Shown piece by piece: positions 26,420 to 40,310 of a DNA stretch of 64,000 nt (position 1 is its first letter; every line of letters starts with the position of its first letter). The notes under the pieces are model-generated. The model ran no database searches. It saw only the letters and a program-made list of their open reading frames with translations, and had not been told where the DNA came from. The DNA is taken from NCBI GenBank assembly GCA_951406725.2, contig OX597825.1, forward strand, positions 50,344,001 through 50,408,000. Direction: 5' to 3'. The DNA is from Octopus vulgaris (lineage: Eukaryota). The position numbers were made by a program, and so were the translations under genes.

Positions 26420-26872
26420 GATAACAGTCTTTAATCCATACTAATATGAACAACAAGCGATATCAACAGTCTTTAATCCATATTTATATGAATATCTAGA
26501 TCTATCAACAGTCTTTAATCTATAATGTAAATAACTCTAGATCTATCAACTATCATAAGTCTTTATTCCACATTCATATCAATAGTTAGATCTAACATTA
26601 GTCTTTATTGCATGTTAGTATGACTAGCCAGATGTATCAATTATCAATAATCTTTCATTCCTATTAATATGAATAACTAGATCTATCAATAGTTTCCAAT
26701 TCATATTAATAAAAATAAGCAGATCTATCAGTTATCATAAGTCTTTAATCCACAGTCATATGAACAGCTACACCTGTCATCAGTCTTTAATTCATACTAA
26801 TATGACTAGCCAGATTTATCTCCAATAAAAGAGCTTATTATCCATACTAATATGATAAGCCTGATCTATCAA
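26420..26872. repeat. minisatellite, unit about 38-47 bp
   Basis: About 10 copies of agtctttaatccatactaatatgaa..agatctatca. Confidence 0.8.
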
Positions 26873-27129
26873 CTCATTATTTTTGCAGTAGAGAACAAAA
26901 ATTGATTCAATTATGAATGTATTGGATTTTTTTATCTTCTCTTATTAATTTTTTTAATAATTTTTAATAATGGACACCTTTATGCTTTGGTTCCACCTTC
27001 TTTAGTATATCAACATTTTTGTTTTAAACAGGTTAATTAGCTATAGCTAATTAACAAAAAGTTTGTTTTGTTTTGTTTTTGTTTGGAAACAAAAGAAAGC
27101 CTGGAAACAGTTTCTATAACACATATAGA

Positions 27130-27460
27130 ATCTTTATTTACATTTATTCTGATATTGTTCAGAAAATCCTTTGACTGGATGGAAATGCTTTCTTAAAGAT
27201 CCATAAGAGGTTGAGAAGGAGCTGGTAGTGCTGGCAATGTTACCTGACCGCCTGAGAAGCACACACCATTTGTTTCATTTGAAAATTTTAAAGCTCTACA
27301 GAAAAGACAATTTGTGTTTAGCACACCAATTTGGACAGAGTTATTATTTTTATAAGAATGAGATGGATCATATCTGAAAACAGCTTCAGGAGTTGTAAAG
27401 AACAAATTTGTACATAGTCTATTTCTGAGAGCTATTCTATTAGACCTCTGTCTAATCATT
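27130..27460 (-). pseudogene. Helitron Rep/helicase N-terminal fragment
   Basis: IGVLNTNCLFCRALKFSNETNGVCFSGGQVTLPALPAPSQPLMDL followed by FLNNIR fits the C..C.A.K...E..G.CC..G.V.LP...F..NIR motif of Helitron proteins; a Helitron-like end (cagacagacag..ttttatata) lies near 28565-28600. Confidence 0.75.
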
Positions 27461-28587
27461 AAAACATTGATTTAAAGATCCAGCATTAAGTGCTGCAACA
27501 TGCATTTGCTGATGTTGAGAAAATCTCAGCAAGTTTCTCTCTTCAGACTCTCGCCTTTGGTTTTCTACAATCCTCCTTGTTTTATACTTGTTTCTGGAGA
27601 GATTATGTCTTTTCTTTGAAGGCATATTTTTCCCAATATTGTAAACAAAAAATTATGAACATAGAAAGAAATTATACATTAATCCCTAATTTTATAAGCA
27701 GTTGTATCCATAAAAATTTTATATCAAGAGAGCAGAAATTGAAAGAAGATAAGCGAAAAGAACAGAGACAGAAAGAGAAAGATGTATGTACGTCTATATA
27801 AAATGGACGTGTGTGCGTGTGCATGCAAGTGTGCTTGCACGTGTGTTTGTGAGAGAGAAAGAGTGTCAGAAAGAGAGATAGAGTGAGTGAGTGAAGGTGT
27901 GTGTTGTGATGATTGATGTCTTTTAAGGTACACACATAGAAAATGTGAGGTAATGATATAAAATTTTTACGATAGTTGATTTATGGAAAAGATTATGTTA
28001 AACTTTTGAAATGCAAATATGTGAATAAAAATTAAGTTTAATTTATAGCCAAAATAGTACTGAATCTTTTGATACCCCATACATCAAAATCTGTAACTTG
28101 GTTTTGGAAAGCGTAAGGAATATATAATATCAAAGCTGAGGCAGACATGTACATGGTAGCTAGACCTGGTAGAAATAGTAGCCAAATCTCCCTCAAAATA
28201 CCTACTGTCTTAATCCGACAATGCTGTCTATTATGTAGTTTGAATGAGAAACTGTAACTAAAGATTAAGATTATTAACCCCACAGAGAGAGGAAAGAAGA
28301 GAGACAGCATAGCGACGGTTTTGGCTGACTGTCATCCTGTACTTTTCTTGTTGCTAGCGAAATGACATGAGCTGGCTGCCTAAGCAACTGGTTGCTTTTG
28401 AAGGCGGAACAAACAGGACACAAAGATTACAAAAATAGTGATTCTCACTTTGAAACTAACAATTTTGAAACTCATTTTAAATTACGGAATACCTAGCTCT
28501 CTCATGTATCCATGTTTAAAATGTCAGCATGCTCGGATGAACAATACTCGTGTTATAATCACACAGACAGACAGACAGAACGGATTT

Positions 28588-28680
<93 letters not shown>

Positions 28681-28702
28681 ATATGTGTATATATATGTTT
28701 AC

Positions 28703-28746
<44 letters not shown>

Positions 28747-28762
28747 ATATATATATATATGT
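28588..28762. repeat. compound (TA)n/(TG)n microsatellite
   Basis: Direct observation. Confidence 0.95.
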
Positions 28763-29049
28763 ACTTAAATATACACATAGAAACACATAATATAAATCGC
28801 ATACTATAACCAGGTGCTAGCGGCTAGCAGTTTCTCCCAGAAAATTGAATTCATAACAAACACTAGGCTTAAAAAACACATCGCTCAACTCAATCTTGGG
28901 GGCCATGCCACACCACTGGATGTACAACCCCTCCCACTTTAGACAGATGCACTAAAACTCTTGCAAGAAACCTAAAAGAACCTTGACTAGGATGTTCTTG
29001 CCCACCGTGCACTCACCAGTATAACACTCAAATGAGATACAAACTGATA

Positions 29050-29420
29050 AACAATGCTGAGGACCAGGGTTTTCCAGATAGAAGGACAAGAAAGTTGATG
29101 ACACTATATGGGGTGCTATACTCTAAAGCAAAAGTAAACAGACTGTATATGGAAAGAAAGAATGGCGGCAGAGGACGAATTAGTACAGACTGTTGTATAA
29201 GGATTGAAAGGAGAATGTTTGTCCAGTATTTGATAAATAATGATAAAAACTTGCTGCAATATGCCACAAAAGATATGGGTGTAAATGCAGATGAAATGAA
29301 GGGCAAGGAAAAGTGGTGATTGGAGCATTGCAACTGGAAATCCCATGCAAGATTGATGTCTTGTAAAAAGCAGCCTTATTGGGCACAGCGCACATCTTAA
29401 GGAAAGTATTATCTGTTGTG
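29050..29420 (+). pseudogene. R4/Dong-clade non-LTR retrotransposon remnant with internal deletion
   Basis: DRRTRKLMTLYGVLYSKAKVNRLYMERKNGGRG joined to the C-terminal KAALLGTAHILRKVL motif. Confidence 0.75.
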
Positions 29421-29699
29421 GCTTGACAGATGACTAAAGGCTCCGGTGCATTTTTACCTACACCATGTTACAAAAGAATAATAATAATAATAACAGTGGC
29501 AATGGTAATATTAGCAGTAATAAGAATAAAAATAATGATAATAATAATTCGAGCAACAATAATAATACTGATAATAATGGTAATATGAACCAACACCCAA
29601 ATACTACCCTAGACTTTAACTTGTCCATAAAAAATACAGCATGATTCCTATCCACAGCTAACCCAAGTAGGACAGTTAGATCCAGCCACAACTACCAAT

Positions 29700-30130
29700 C
29701 TGATGATTAATGCCTGCTGCAAGCCCATTGCAGAAGATTTAGCATTGTGTATAAATGCACTGTCTGCAACACACATCACAATTCTACAAGCCACTACAAC
29801 AGATCTACATTTAACTTCAAGCAGAGATATTCTGCATATCTGAACTCATTTAGATATGAAGAGCATAACAAATCCACATCCCTAGCCAACCACATGCACC
29901 ATCTGAGAAGTAAGAAAATGCCATATAGGTTAACCTGGTCCTTAATAGATTTTGGTGTCCCCTATCAAAGCTAGCAATCTACATGTTAACTCTGCCTTAA
30001 AGAAGCCCTTCAAATATTAATTCACAATTCACCACAATTACTTAATAGACAGCATGAAGCATTCTTTTCATGCAATCATAAGTTCTATTGTATCTTTAGG
30101 TTCTTCCACAAGTCCAAACAACAAGCAAAA
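29700..30130 (+). pseudogene. Penelope-like GIY-YIG endonuclease remnant
   Basis: IVYKCTV...FKQRYSAYLNSFR..HNKSTSLANHMHHL..YRLTWSL..C*LCLKEALQIL..LLNRQHE..CNHK. Confidence 0.85.
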
Positions 30131-31309
30131 GCAATATGCATAATATTTACATTCACAGCCATAACAATATATGTACATTTTTCCTTCATCTATTAATACT
30201 TACTACATCAACATAAGTATCTTTGAAGTTCACTAGCTGCATTAATATTTTTAATAGTTATTTTTTAATTGTTAATTTTAATTTTTAACTTTAAATTTTA
30301 AATATATTCCCTTCTTCAGTTAGTCATCTATTTCTAGCATTTTAACTCTCTAAACTAAGGTTAAATATTCCTTCTGACCACACTGAACCTAAAATTCATC
30401 TATTTAATTAATTATCCTTTAATAGCCATAAATGCCTTCCTTCTCCACATTATCACAACCTTAACCTCTCACCCTGAACCTACCCTGATGAAGAATAATA
30501 CTAGCCTTTTACCTTTTTATCTTTATTTTTAAGTTGCTTTCACTCTTATTCTTTTATTTCCATTATTTGTCCTCTTTCTTTTTCTTCTCTTTTTCTTCTC
30601 TTCACTCACTCACAACCCCGCCTTTCTCTCTGATCCATCTGTCTATCATTACATCTGTCCCTCCCACAGCTAACCACTTGATCTATTTCCTTCAATCAGA
30701 ATGCAACATTCAAAATACTGCCTGGATTTACCTGGGATTATACTTAAGGGGCTATACATTCACAGAAGTATGGACTAGCCTCCATACCCTCCGGAACAAG
30801 ATGAACTGTGAACTTTATTCTTCTGTCTTTATTCTTCTATCTACTGTCTTATTCTTTAATATACTGTGAATTTTCCATCTGGAACTTTCCTGCATACACA
30901 CCTTGTCTCTGATTACGGAATACCCAGTGTATGGAGATGTTGGCACCATCACCTACAATATCCCCAAAACAACTGTAAGACATTAATTACTTCTACTTCT
31001 CCATTTTTGTTTCACCTTACTCTAACTAAATATTCTAAATGTCTTGAGATACTCATCTTGCCTTGGTTTTGTTTTCCTTTCCTTTAAACTATACCTATTA
31101 CATATCCCTAGCTCCAGCCTCAGCTGTGAGCTTGGAACCTAATGGATGATCAAGTATAGAACTTACACAGCCTACCTAAACCCCTCATATTCTAAACACA
31201 CACTCACACACAAACACACACATATATATATACAAACACACATACATGTACACACATATATACATACATACACACTAACACACACACATATATATACATA
31301 TACACATAT

Positions 31310-31334
<25 letters not shown>

Positions 31335-31341
<7 letters not shown>

Positions 31342-31558
31342 GGAGACTGAAAGAATCAAAAATTAAATACCAAATAGAATGGTCAAAAATATAAAACGCA
31401 CATCCATGTACTTCACTATCCAGCAAATGTGACCTTTGCCTTGAGGAAGAACTGAGTATTCTACTGAGTAATGAAAATCTAGTGAATAAATATGATGGGA
31501 AAATTCCAAGATGTAACCACCGTGCCAAATATGCATTTTCCAGATGGAACAGTGTATA
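31335..31558 (+). pseudogene. second Penelope-like GIY-YIG C-terminal remnant
   Basis: IWRLKESKIKYQIEWSKI..KCDLCLEEELSILL..LVNK..IPRCNHRAKY. Confidence 0.8.
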
Positions 31559-32116
31559 GATTATAATTATTATTATTCTATCTAGCTAAACCCATTTTTA
31601 CTGCTTTCGCATATGTATAGGAGTGTGTATTTATGATGGAGCTTTCAACGATATAACTATGTACATGAAAATGTGTAGATAAATGAATAAGCATCTAGGT
31701 ATAAATGTGAATGTGTTTATTGATATGTAGGTGAGTATATGTATGCATGTGTGCATCTGAATATACGTACATATATTTTTAATATATGTGCATATATGTG
31801 TGTACAAATCTGCATGTGAGCATATGTGTGTGAATGTGTGTATGTATGGAAACACTCAGTGATGTATGGTATATCAGTAAGTGATTGTATAAGTATGAGC
31901 TAATGGATGAATGTATTTTGCATAATGGTACAGTTTGGCATGTGTAGAATAACATGTTGAAACTGAATAAATAAACAGACAATGTGCACATTGCAGCTCA
32001 TGTCGCACGTGATAACCAAGCAAATTGAAACCATCAGCATTTGTTACTTTCAAAGAAGAAGCCATGGATGTTGTAGCATGGAAATCTAGATTTACTTACG
32101 GAGACAGCAATTGAAT

Positions 32117-32238
32117 ATCACCTGAGGAGATACAGATAGATCTTCTTATACACGTAAATCGTTACATAATATAATTTAAACTTAACTTTAAATCCTGTAT
32201 GTACGAGGATCTGTATGTATCGAAACTTTTGTAGTGAT
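32117..32238 (+). ncRNA. type I hammerhead ribozyme motif of a PLE terminal repeat
   Basis: Stem I atcac/gtgat, CTGAGGA core, stem II gatac/gtatc with long insert, GAAA, c-tttt-g, GTA cleavage triplet; lies downstream of a GIY-YIG remnant. Confidence 0.75.
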
Positions 32239-32975
32239 TAAAAAGCTGTCTAACCATACTTACTCTTACTTTTTACTTTTTATAAATATATATATACATA
32301 CACACACACATTATATACATGTGTATATATATATATTTATGCTATGTATTAACTTTGTCCATTCATGGTCGGGGGGTGCACATATTTTTTTTTTTTTTTG
32401 TGATGAGGAAGAAATCAAAAAGGAGCATGGGACAAAAAGTTTCAGAAACATTGTATCAGATAATGTAGTTTTCGGTAAGAGATTAGATGGCCACATCTGA
32501 AATATTCCAAACTGTAGGTCTGCTGGTTCAATGATAGAAAGGATTTAAACAATTACATTAAGGCAAATTGATCAGAGTTACATACAGATCAATGAATTCT
32601 GCCTTTAGATACAGCTACACAAGTTTTATTGAAGCAGAAATGGGGAAAACTAGATGACAACTAACAACCTATCCAGGTGGAGTTGTGTCACTGTGCAAAC
32701 TGTGATATGTTTTAATAACTCCCATAACTTAAGCAAGTTGTTGCAGGAAAAACAACAAGAGCAATATAATATATACAGACATCCATTTATCAATTAACAT
32801 TTAGAAAGTAGTCTCCTTATTGCTTAAAATACTTTCCAACCAATCAACATGAGTAACCTGTACCCATTAATGATATCATGTACCTATAATAATAAAGTGT
32901 GTCTATGAGTGTGTCTACACACACACACACATTTGTGTGTAAACACATGTATGTAAACACACACCTACACACAAA

Positions 32976-33011
<36 letters not shown>

Positions 33012-34494
33012 TGTATGTATGTATGTGTGTATATATGTATGCAGATGTACTCTACTTTATTGACTTAAAGGCAATAGATTAGAACAGTTGTCTATAAACA
33101 TTGGTCAACAGAACATGTTAGAGACGTTAGCAACAAGACACAACAACATTAGTGCCACCTATATACACAGATAACATCAATTCAACAAAACAAAGATTAC
33201 AACGTTTTGTTGGGTTCTTTTATACTTTTTTTAAAATAAAAACAGGTAAATAAAATAGATAAATTAAATAAATAGAGCTAAAACATAATAAAAACTGCAA
33301 GTAAATGTCGCAGAAAATGGCCTTGTGTTAGGAGAATCAATGTATAAAGCTGTGTTAGGAGAAAGTCATGTACAGGAATATTATAACTGCTAAGATCAAT
33401 ACTCTAGTTCAGTGTATTGCATGTATATACAAGCCTGGATTAAAGATCAGCTTCTAGGTTGTTCTTTATTTTTGACTGGCTTTTAGCTTAGAAAGTCTCC
33501 AGAAGCTTTATAAACTTGGCCTGTATTTTCTTGATAGCATTGCCATTTATTGTTCACAGCGACATAAATAACTAATGATATTCTATTTGGTAAAAAGTCC
33601 CTGCTACTGGTATAAACATTACCCAGAAAGCTAATGGAAGCATATACTCCTGATGGTGGCATAGAATTGATTTAACCATCAAATATCTGTAAACCTTCCC
33701 CCACTCACCACCAACCCTACTGTAAAACAAACCTTCGTGCAAAGACAATTGAGAGAGAAAGAGTAAAGGAATGAGTGAATATGTGTGAGTGATTATATAT
33801 ATATATATATAACAGAGTGGATGAGAGGAAGAAATCTATATGGCTGAAAGGTTTTTATGCTAAAATAGTGTAATTATTGTGCAAGTTAGGAAAGCAATAG
33901 TAAATCTTGACCTCCAGGAACATGTATTGGGAACAGTGGCTTTTTAATCTGACAAGAATATAAATTACCCAGTGAAAAGGCTGATGGCAGGGACACAAGC
34001 AAAATTCCAGTATACAAGCGAAATAATGGTTGCTGTGACTCAGACATTTACACAGTTATGGTTCAATATATCAACTAACTAATTGATATTATAAAAGTGC
34101 TTACTGATGTTTTCTAATCAATTAATTTTCTTCCCAATATTTAAAGCTGATGAGGAGCAGTGAAGCAGTGGAAATGGCAGCTGGCCAAATTAAAGTATAG
34201 AATAGACAGCATTTAGTTTTGGAAGAGAACATTCCACGCTCAAATTCTGCTAGAGATGACTTTTATTGTTTATCGACCTAAATGTTTGGTGGGAAGGTGG
34301 AGAGGAGATGAAAGGAGCAATAATCACAGTAATTATTATATTAATTAATACAGTAGAGACAATGATCAACATTATAATTTTAATTTCTGTCATATCTGAT
34401 TTTTGTCTTATATTCCATTCAACTTCATCAAACATGTGGGGCCAAGGTGGGATGAAATAACATTCATGAACTAGGGGAAACAACCATATTCCAC

Positions 34495-35150
34495 AAGTAG
34501 TCCAGTACCTAAACTATTGTGCCAATACTCTTCAATAGATAGTCCCATACCTCTACTATTGGTGTTATACACACTCTTCAATAGATAGTTCAATACCTGT
34601 ATTACTAATGCTATATGCCACAATAGATAGTTCAATATTTCAGTTATTGGTGCTATCATAGACACATCCCACCAACTATACTACCATGAAAAGCAATGAC
34701 AGGGGTGGTCATAGTGGTAGTGTTAATAGAGATGATAAAAATGATGTTGAAAACAATACACATTTAAAGTTATTTTCAAACTGTTAAAGTCTAAATTCAA
34801 ACTCTGCCAAAATTGATTTTGTTTTTGTTGTTGTGAGGTGAATAAACAAATAGCAAAGTTAAACATTAGTACACTCTACCTCTAAGACAATAATTGCATT
34901 ATATTTTCCACCTCTACAGATGATATCTATACCATATATCTATACCATTTCTAAAGATAACATATATTACATATATTCCATCTCAATAGATGACACATTA
35001 CATGTTCCATCTCCACAGATGTGATATCATACATTCCATCTTTACAGAGAACAGCTGTACTATATACACTATCTCTACAGATGATATTTCTATCATATAT
35101 TTTACCTCTACATATGACAGTAGCATTATAAATTCTGCCTCTACAGATCC
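34495..35150. repeat. two degenerate minisatellites
   Basis: caatagatagttcaatac units (34495-34660) and tccatctctacagatgat units (34905-35150). Confidence 0.55.
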
Positions 35151-35283
35151 GAGTTTTACACAATTATTTTAAACTGATTCAGAAGAAATTTTCCAATAAT
35201 CTCAGGAATTTACAAACTACAAAAATATTATTTGAGCAAATCACAATTTATTCATAATTATTATAATTATCATCATTATTATT

Positions 35284-35942
35284 AGGTGATGAGACAGCAG
35301 AATTGTTAGCATGTCAGGCAAAATGCTTTGCAGCATTTCATCCGTCTTCACACTCTGAGTTCAAATTCCACTGAGGTTTGCTTAGCTTTCATCCTTTCAG
35401 GGATGATAAATGATAAAGTACCAGTTAAGCACAGAGGTTGATGTAATCGACTTACTCCCTCCTGTGAACTTGTACCAAAATTTGAAATCATCATCATCAT
35501 CATTATTATTATATACAAGGTGGAAAGCTGGCAGAATTGTTAGCATGCTGGGAAAAATGCTTAGTGGCATTTCTTCTGGCTTTATGTTCTGAGTTCAAGG
35601 TTGACTTTGCCTTTCAACCTTTCAAAGTCAATAAAATAAGTAACAGTTGAGCACTGGGGATAATGTAATTGACAATCCCTCTACCCACAAATATCAGGTT
35701 CCATGCCTATCATCTAAAGACTTATTAAAGGCAGCAAGCTGGTAGAATTGTTAGCATGTCAGGGAAAATGCTTAATGACATTTCTATCTACTCTTTAACT
35801 ACTGAGTTCAGATAACACAGAGGTCAACTTTGCCAGTCATCTTTCAAGGATAATAAAATACATACCAGTCAAGTACTAAAGTCAATGTAATCAACTTAAC
35901 CCTTTCCTTAAAATTGCTAGCCTTGTGCCAAAATTTGAAACC
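35284..35942 (+). mobile_element. three head-to-tail SINE family B copies
   Basis: gcagaattgttagcatg heads near 35284, 35518 and 35729. Confidence 0.8.
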
Positions 35943-38900
35943 ATTTTTTTTTATGAACATTGGTTTAATAAAACTATGAAAATTTTATTATTAACAGGTT
36001 TTTCTAGATGAAAATTATTCCTATTTGGATCTTGCTAACATTAACAAGTTTACCTCAGTAGCTGGTGGGGACAGAAGGTCGGCTTTAAACATTATTTTTC
36101 TTTTTTTTTTGGAAGTTTATCATGTTTACGATGATTTTCAATATGACTTCCTCTACCAGAAGAGCAATAAGAGATAATAGCAAGAAAGGGAGTAACACTC
36201 AACATGTTCCTTTGAAAGAAAACAGCTAGTTAATCTTTAAACTAAAGAATACAAATTTTAAAAGAAAACAGAAAATGATGATAAAACAAACAAAAAGATT
36301 ACCAAGTCAGACAGATTTTAAAAGCTGAAAGCACAAAATAAACTGACATAACAAGACACACTGAAACACACACACATGCACATACATGCACACAACAAAC
36401 ATACACACACATATACAAAGCAACAAAATGACTGAATAGAAAAGGCAACAAAATGATTGAAAAGGTAGCAATGAGAAAACAAGGCATGCATTTCCAGCTT
36501 CATTGAAGCTACTTTAAACAGATAGCCCTAAATATCAATTATCTGCCTGAGAAAAAGTTAGCAGCACAGAGATATATAACAAGAGGGAGTGCATTGATTA
36601 TATATGTGCATTTTGCAAAACACAGGGTCTTTTCATATGCCCTAGAAAGAGCAATTGCAGGCAAGCTTAGGTGATGGGTTGGGGTTTTGATATCTATCAT
36701 TATCAAACAAGAAACAATGAGATCATATGTGTAATATTCAAGACAGACACCAAACAGATGAAGCTTGTGCATTATACATCTATCCAGAAAATCATTTTCC
36801 AAGGGACTATAACACATAATTAATAGTAAAGGATATTGGCAAAGTTATTGACCACTGACTTACTGTCACCTTCATAGAACATATATAGGTGGATGATCAG
36901 TACTGATAGGAATTTTGGTGATATGATGCTTATATAGAAGAGCTAATGACCCCACAAATTACTAAACAATTCCAGAGTTGTACCTAGTAGTAGTAGCTGT
37001 AAAAAAAGCTTTATTGCTGGTCATTCAGTGGGTAGATAACCCAGCTGCTACACACGCAGAAGTAAAGATCAAATGAGCAGGAAAAGTTAAAAAAAAAAAG
37101 AGCAGGTTAAGGAGGTTGCTGTACCAAGGAGAACAACTGGTACAGTTCTGGAAGCATCAAAGGAGATTGCCACATCTTTAGTTCCAAGAGATGAGCAGAA
37201 CACTGAGGACCCAATATCAACTATGATAAGCCCTATCAACTCATTGTCTTGTGATAAAGAAGAGTAAATAGAAAGCGAACAAGGCTGGCAGACTGGTAAA
37301 TGGGAAGGACAAGGAAAATAAAACACCCCTACCCCCAAAAGACAATATATCTCAAGAGAATGGAATCAAAAATCAATGCGAAGAAGTCCCAAGAAGCCCC
37401 CCTCCCCCCTCGTGTTGAATCAAAGTTCATAATTCTTCACAAACTGAACAACTGATAGAATTACTAACAGAAACAAAAAATAAAAAAAAAAACAAAAGGT
37501 AAAATTATAATTTTGCTTCAGTTATGTGTTTTTTGTGAATGTATCTTTTATTCCTTGTTTTATTTATCAAATCAACTTCTAATATATTGATTGTATAATA
37601 CCCTTGCCCTAGTTTTTATATAACTTTGTCTTGTCCATTGGCACATGTTTTTGTAAACCTCCCACCCCCAGGTTATAATGCATGTAGTATACATCACCTC
37701 TTGTGGTGTAAACAGAAAAGACTACTACTATTATCATAATTATTGTTGTGGTATTTTGAGACAGCTGGATGTATTTTATGTAACTCTCTCATATTTGAAG
37801 AGACTGTGACTTTATTCAAGCCATTGGAAGAGTAATAGCAGGCAATACAAGCCAACTTGTGGAATAATATTTCTTCCTTGTTAGTCAAGGAAGAGACAAT
37901 GGAACCCTATGTGGAATATTAAAAACAAGATGACCTAGAGTGTCACCCACCAAGAAACTCATGCCACAATACATGAAACAGCATAATACAAGGTTATGGT
38001 AAAAGGTATTGGTAATGGCACTCATCTTTGTTATCACTAGTTATCACTTTTATAATGAAGTACATGCAGGAGGTAAGTACCAAAAATAACATTATCAGAT
38101 GGAGGTTACTATGGGTATACAAATTTTAACCATCATGGGAGCACTAAGAAATCTCTCTTTCACATTAGTACAACCCTTCTACTTATGAGGGCTGAGAGTA
38201 AATGAAGCAGAAAAAAAGAGGAGAAAAGAAAAAAGAAAGATGAGTTCAACCTGAAGGTGTCTAACATACTGGAACTGGGACCTGCCCCCACCCAACTTCA
38301 CAGTGATCTAATATAATAACTACAAACTACTTAATTAATGTTTGATCTAGAGGAAGATATTCCAATAAATATATTAATGGAGCACAAGATGGGGTAATAG
38401 CACCAGGAAACTTCTTTAAATGATTAGGGATAAAAACAGCTTTGATTTCCTGCTGATGCCAGAAGGCAAAATGAAGGCATTGAAAATGAGAGGAATAAAC
38501 TGCCTTGGCTAGTTGCTTGCACCTGGCTGGTTCCCTGCACTTGGTTGCAAGATCAACCCTAACTGAGTAAGCCTATGATAAAAGGCATCCCAGCCATGTC
38601 CATGTCATATTTTTCTATATCAGGGACTACATTGATCAAACTGTCGTTCTTATTTAAGACAACAGAATATGAGAAACATTTGACTGCTGTCTGGCAGGTT
38701 GTGCATCCTGAGTTAAGGAGAATGTTGTCAGAGTGGACACAAAACTGCAGTACATGAAGTTTTTAAGTTCAAACCCATCACAGATATTCTTTTGTGTATC
38801 TGAGCAGAGTATTTTATTCTACATAACCTCAGTTCACCAAACTTTTGCAAACAACAACCTAATTATAAGGTGTAAGAAAGGTTAATAGTGATGGTCATCT

Positions 38901-39140
38901 GTTTCTGATAATGAAACATTAAACAAAAACTTTACTAAACTAATATATGGAGTAAATTAATTCTTATTTCTATTTCTTTTCTTTTTCTAAATTATTCACT
39001 AGATTTCTTAATTCCAAACCACCACCTGACAACTTAAAATCTCCCTATTATTTCTCACCAAAGAACATATGAAGGTGTCCCTCTTTGTCTCCTCCTCATC
39101 TTCTGTCTATCTTTCAGTATACACACACACACAACTCTCT

Positions 39141-39681
39141 ATTGAGGTGAATCCAATTTCTGCCGTAGTGTTTCAACAACAATTATTTGCGGTGTCATAT
39201 GAAAATGTCCCTGTTATTTATGACATATTTCATATCAGTTACATTCGTATGAATAAAAGATTATCGTTATTAAATTTTTATTTATAAACACATATTCTAA
39301 GTTCACAACATAAGCAGTTTTAATTTCCCTCTCTGTTGCACAGATACACACATTACATATCATATATTCGTTTAAGAAACAGATTGGGTTTATTTACATT
39401 TCTGAAGAAAAAAAAGTACCCTTCCCCCTACCCCTAACCCTAAACTTAACCCTAACTCTAACCCTAACACAGATTGAAATGCAATAGATCGATACTAGGG
39501 TCATAATTATGGGTGAACACTAAAGAGGGAACGGTTTTGTTATCCAGCACTGTTTACGAGTGACCCCTCAGTTTATAGCCACAGGATATCTTTTTTTCTC
39601 ATAAATAACAGTGACATTTTCATATGATACCGCAAATAATTGTTGTTGACACACTACGGCAGAAACTGAATTCACCTCAAT
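39141..39681. mobile_element. MITE-like element with about 83-bp inverted repeats and internal (CCCTAA)-like tract
   Basis: 39141-39223 is the inverted complement of 39599-39681; ccctaaccctaaacttaaccctaactctaaccctaac at about 39431-39468. Confidence 0.7.
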
Positions 39682-40069
39682 CGACGTCACTGATTGGTTG
39701 AAATTGCCGAAATGCAAGAAATTAAACAACAAACAGATTACAAACTACAGAATTTTCTCGAGAAAGCCAAGAGAAAAAGATGTTTTATAAACACATTCTA
39801 CCAGTAAGTGCATCGTAAATATATGATAATGCATAATATCACCAATAGAAATATTAATATTTCTAAGTCTCTCTAAAAGAGACTACAGCTGTGGTACTGG
39901 ATATTAATAGTTATTGCCAAGCTAATATGGCAGTCCAGAAATATAGGACAAAAGCTGCCATTCATTAGCTCTAAGAGGCCATCACTTCTAGCTAGCTATA
40001 TGACACACAAACCTGTGTTCATTATAACCTTCGAACAGGGGAGGTCAGCCGCTTCCCCTTGCTGGTCAG

Positions 40070-40310
40070 CGGAATTTGAACTTAGAACATAATGGCTATC
40101 AAATTACCGCTAAGCATTTCACCCGATGTGCTAACGTTTCTGCCAGCTCACCGCCTTTCTTTCTGTTTCTATTTACCAAATCCACTCACAAGGCCTTGGT
40201 TAACCCAAAGCTATAATAAAAGACACTTGCCTAAGGTGCTGCACAGTGAGACTGAACCTTAAACCACATGATTGGGAAGCAAACTTCCTAACCACACAGC
40301 CACACTTGCA
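40070..40310 (-). mobile_element. adjacent heads of SINE B (40070-40156) and SINE A (40160-40310)
   Basis: Match to both family consensuses in reverse complement. Confidence 0.7.

Noticed and set aside
30480-30500. CTGATGA downstream of the first GIY-YIG remnant
   Set aside because: No matching stem II or GAAA could be found nearby.
36840-37400. Possible LINE ORF1 remnant (KKKEQVKEVAVPRR...)
   Set aside because: Too decayed; no intact zinc knuckle or other diagnostic motif.
39431-39468. True telomere or chromosome fusion site
   Set aside because: Only about six degenerate units, lying inside an inverted-repeat element.
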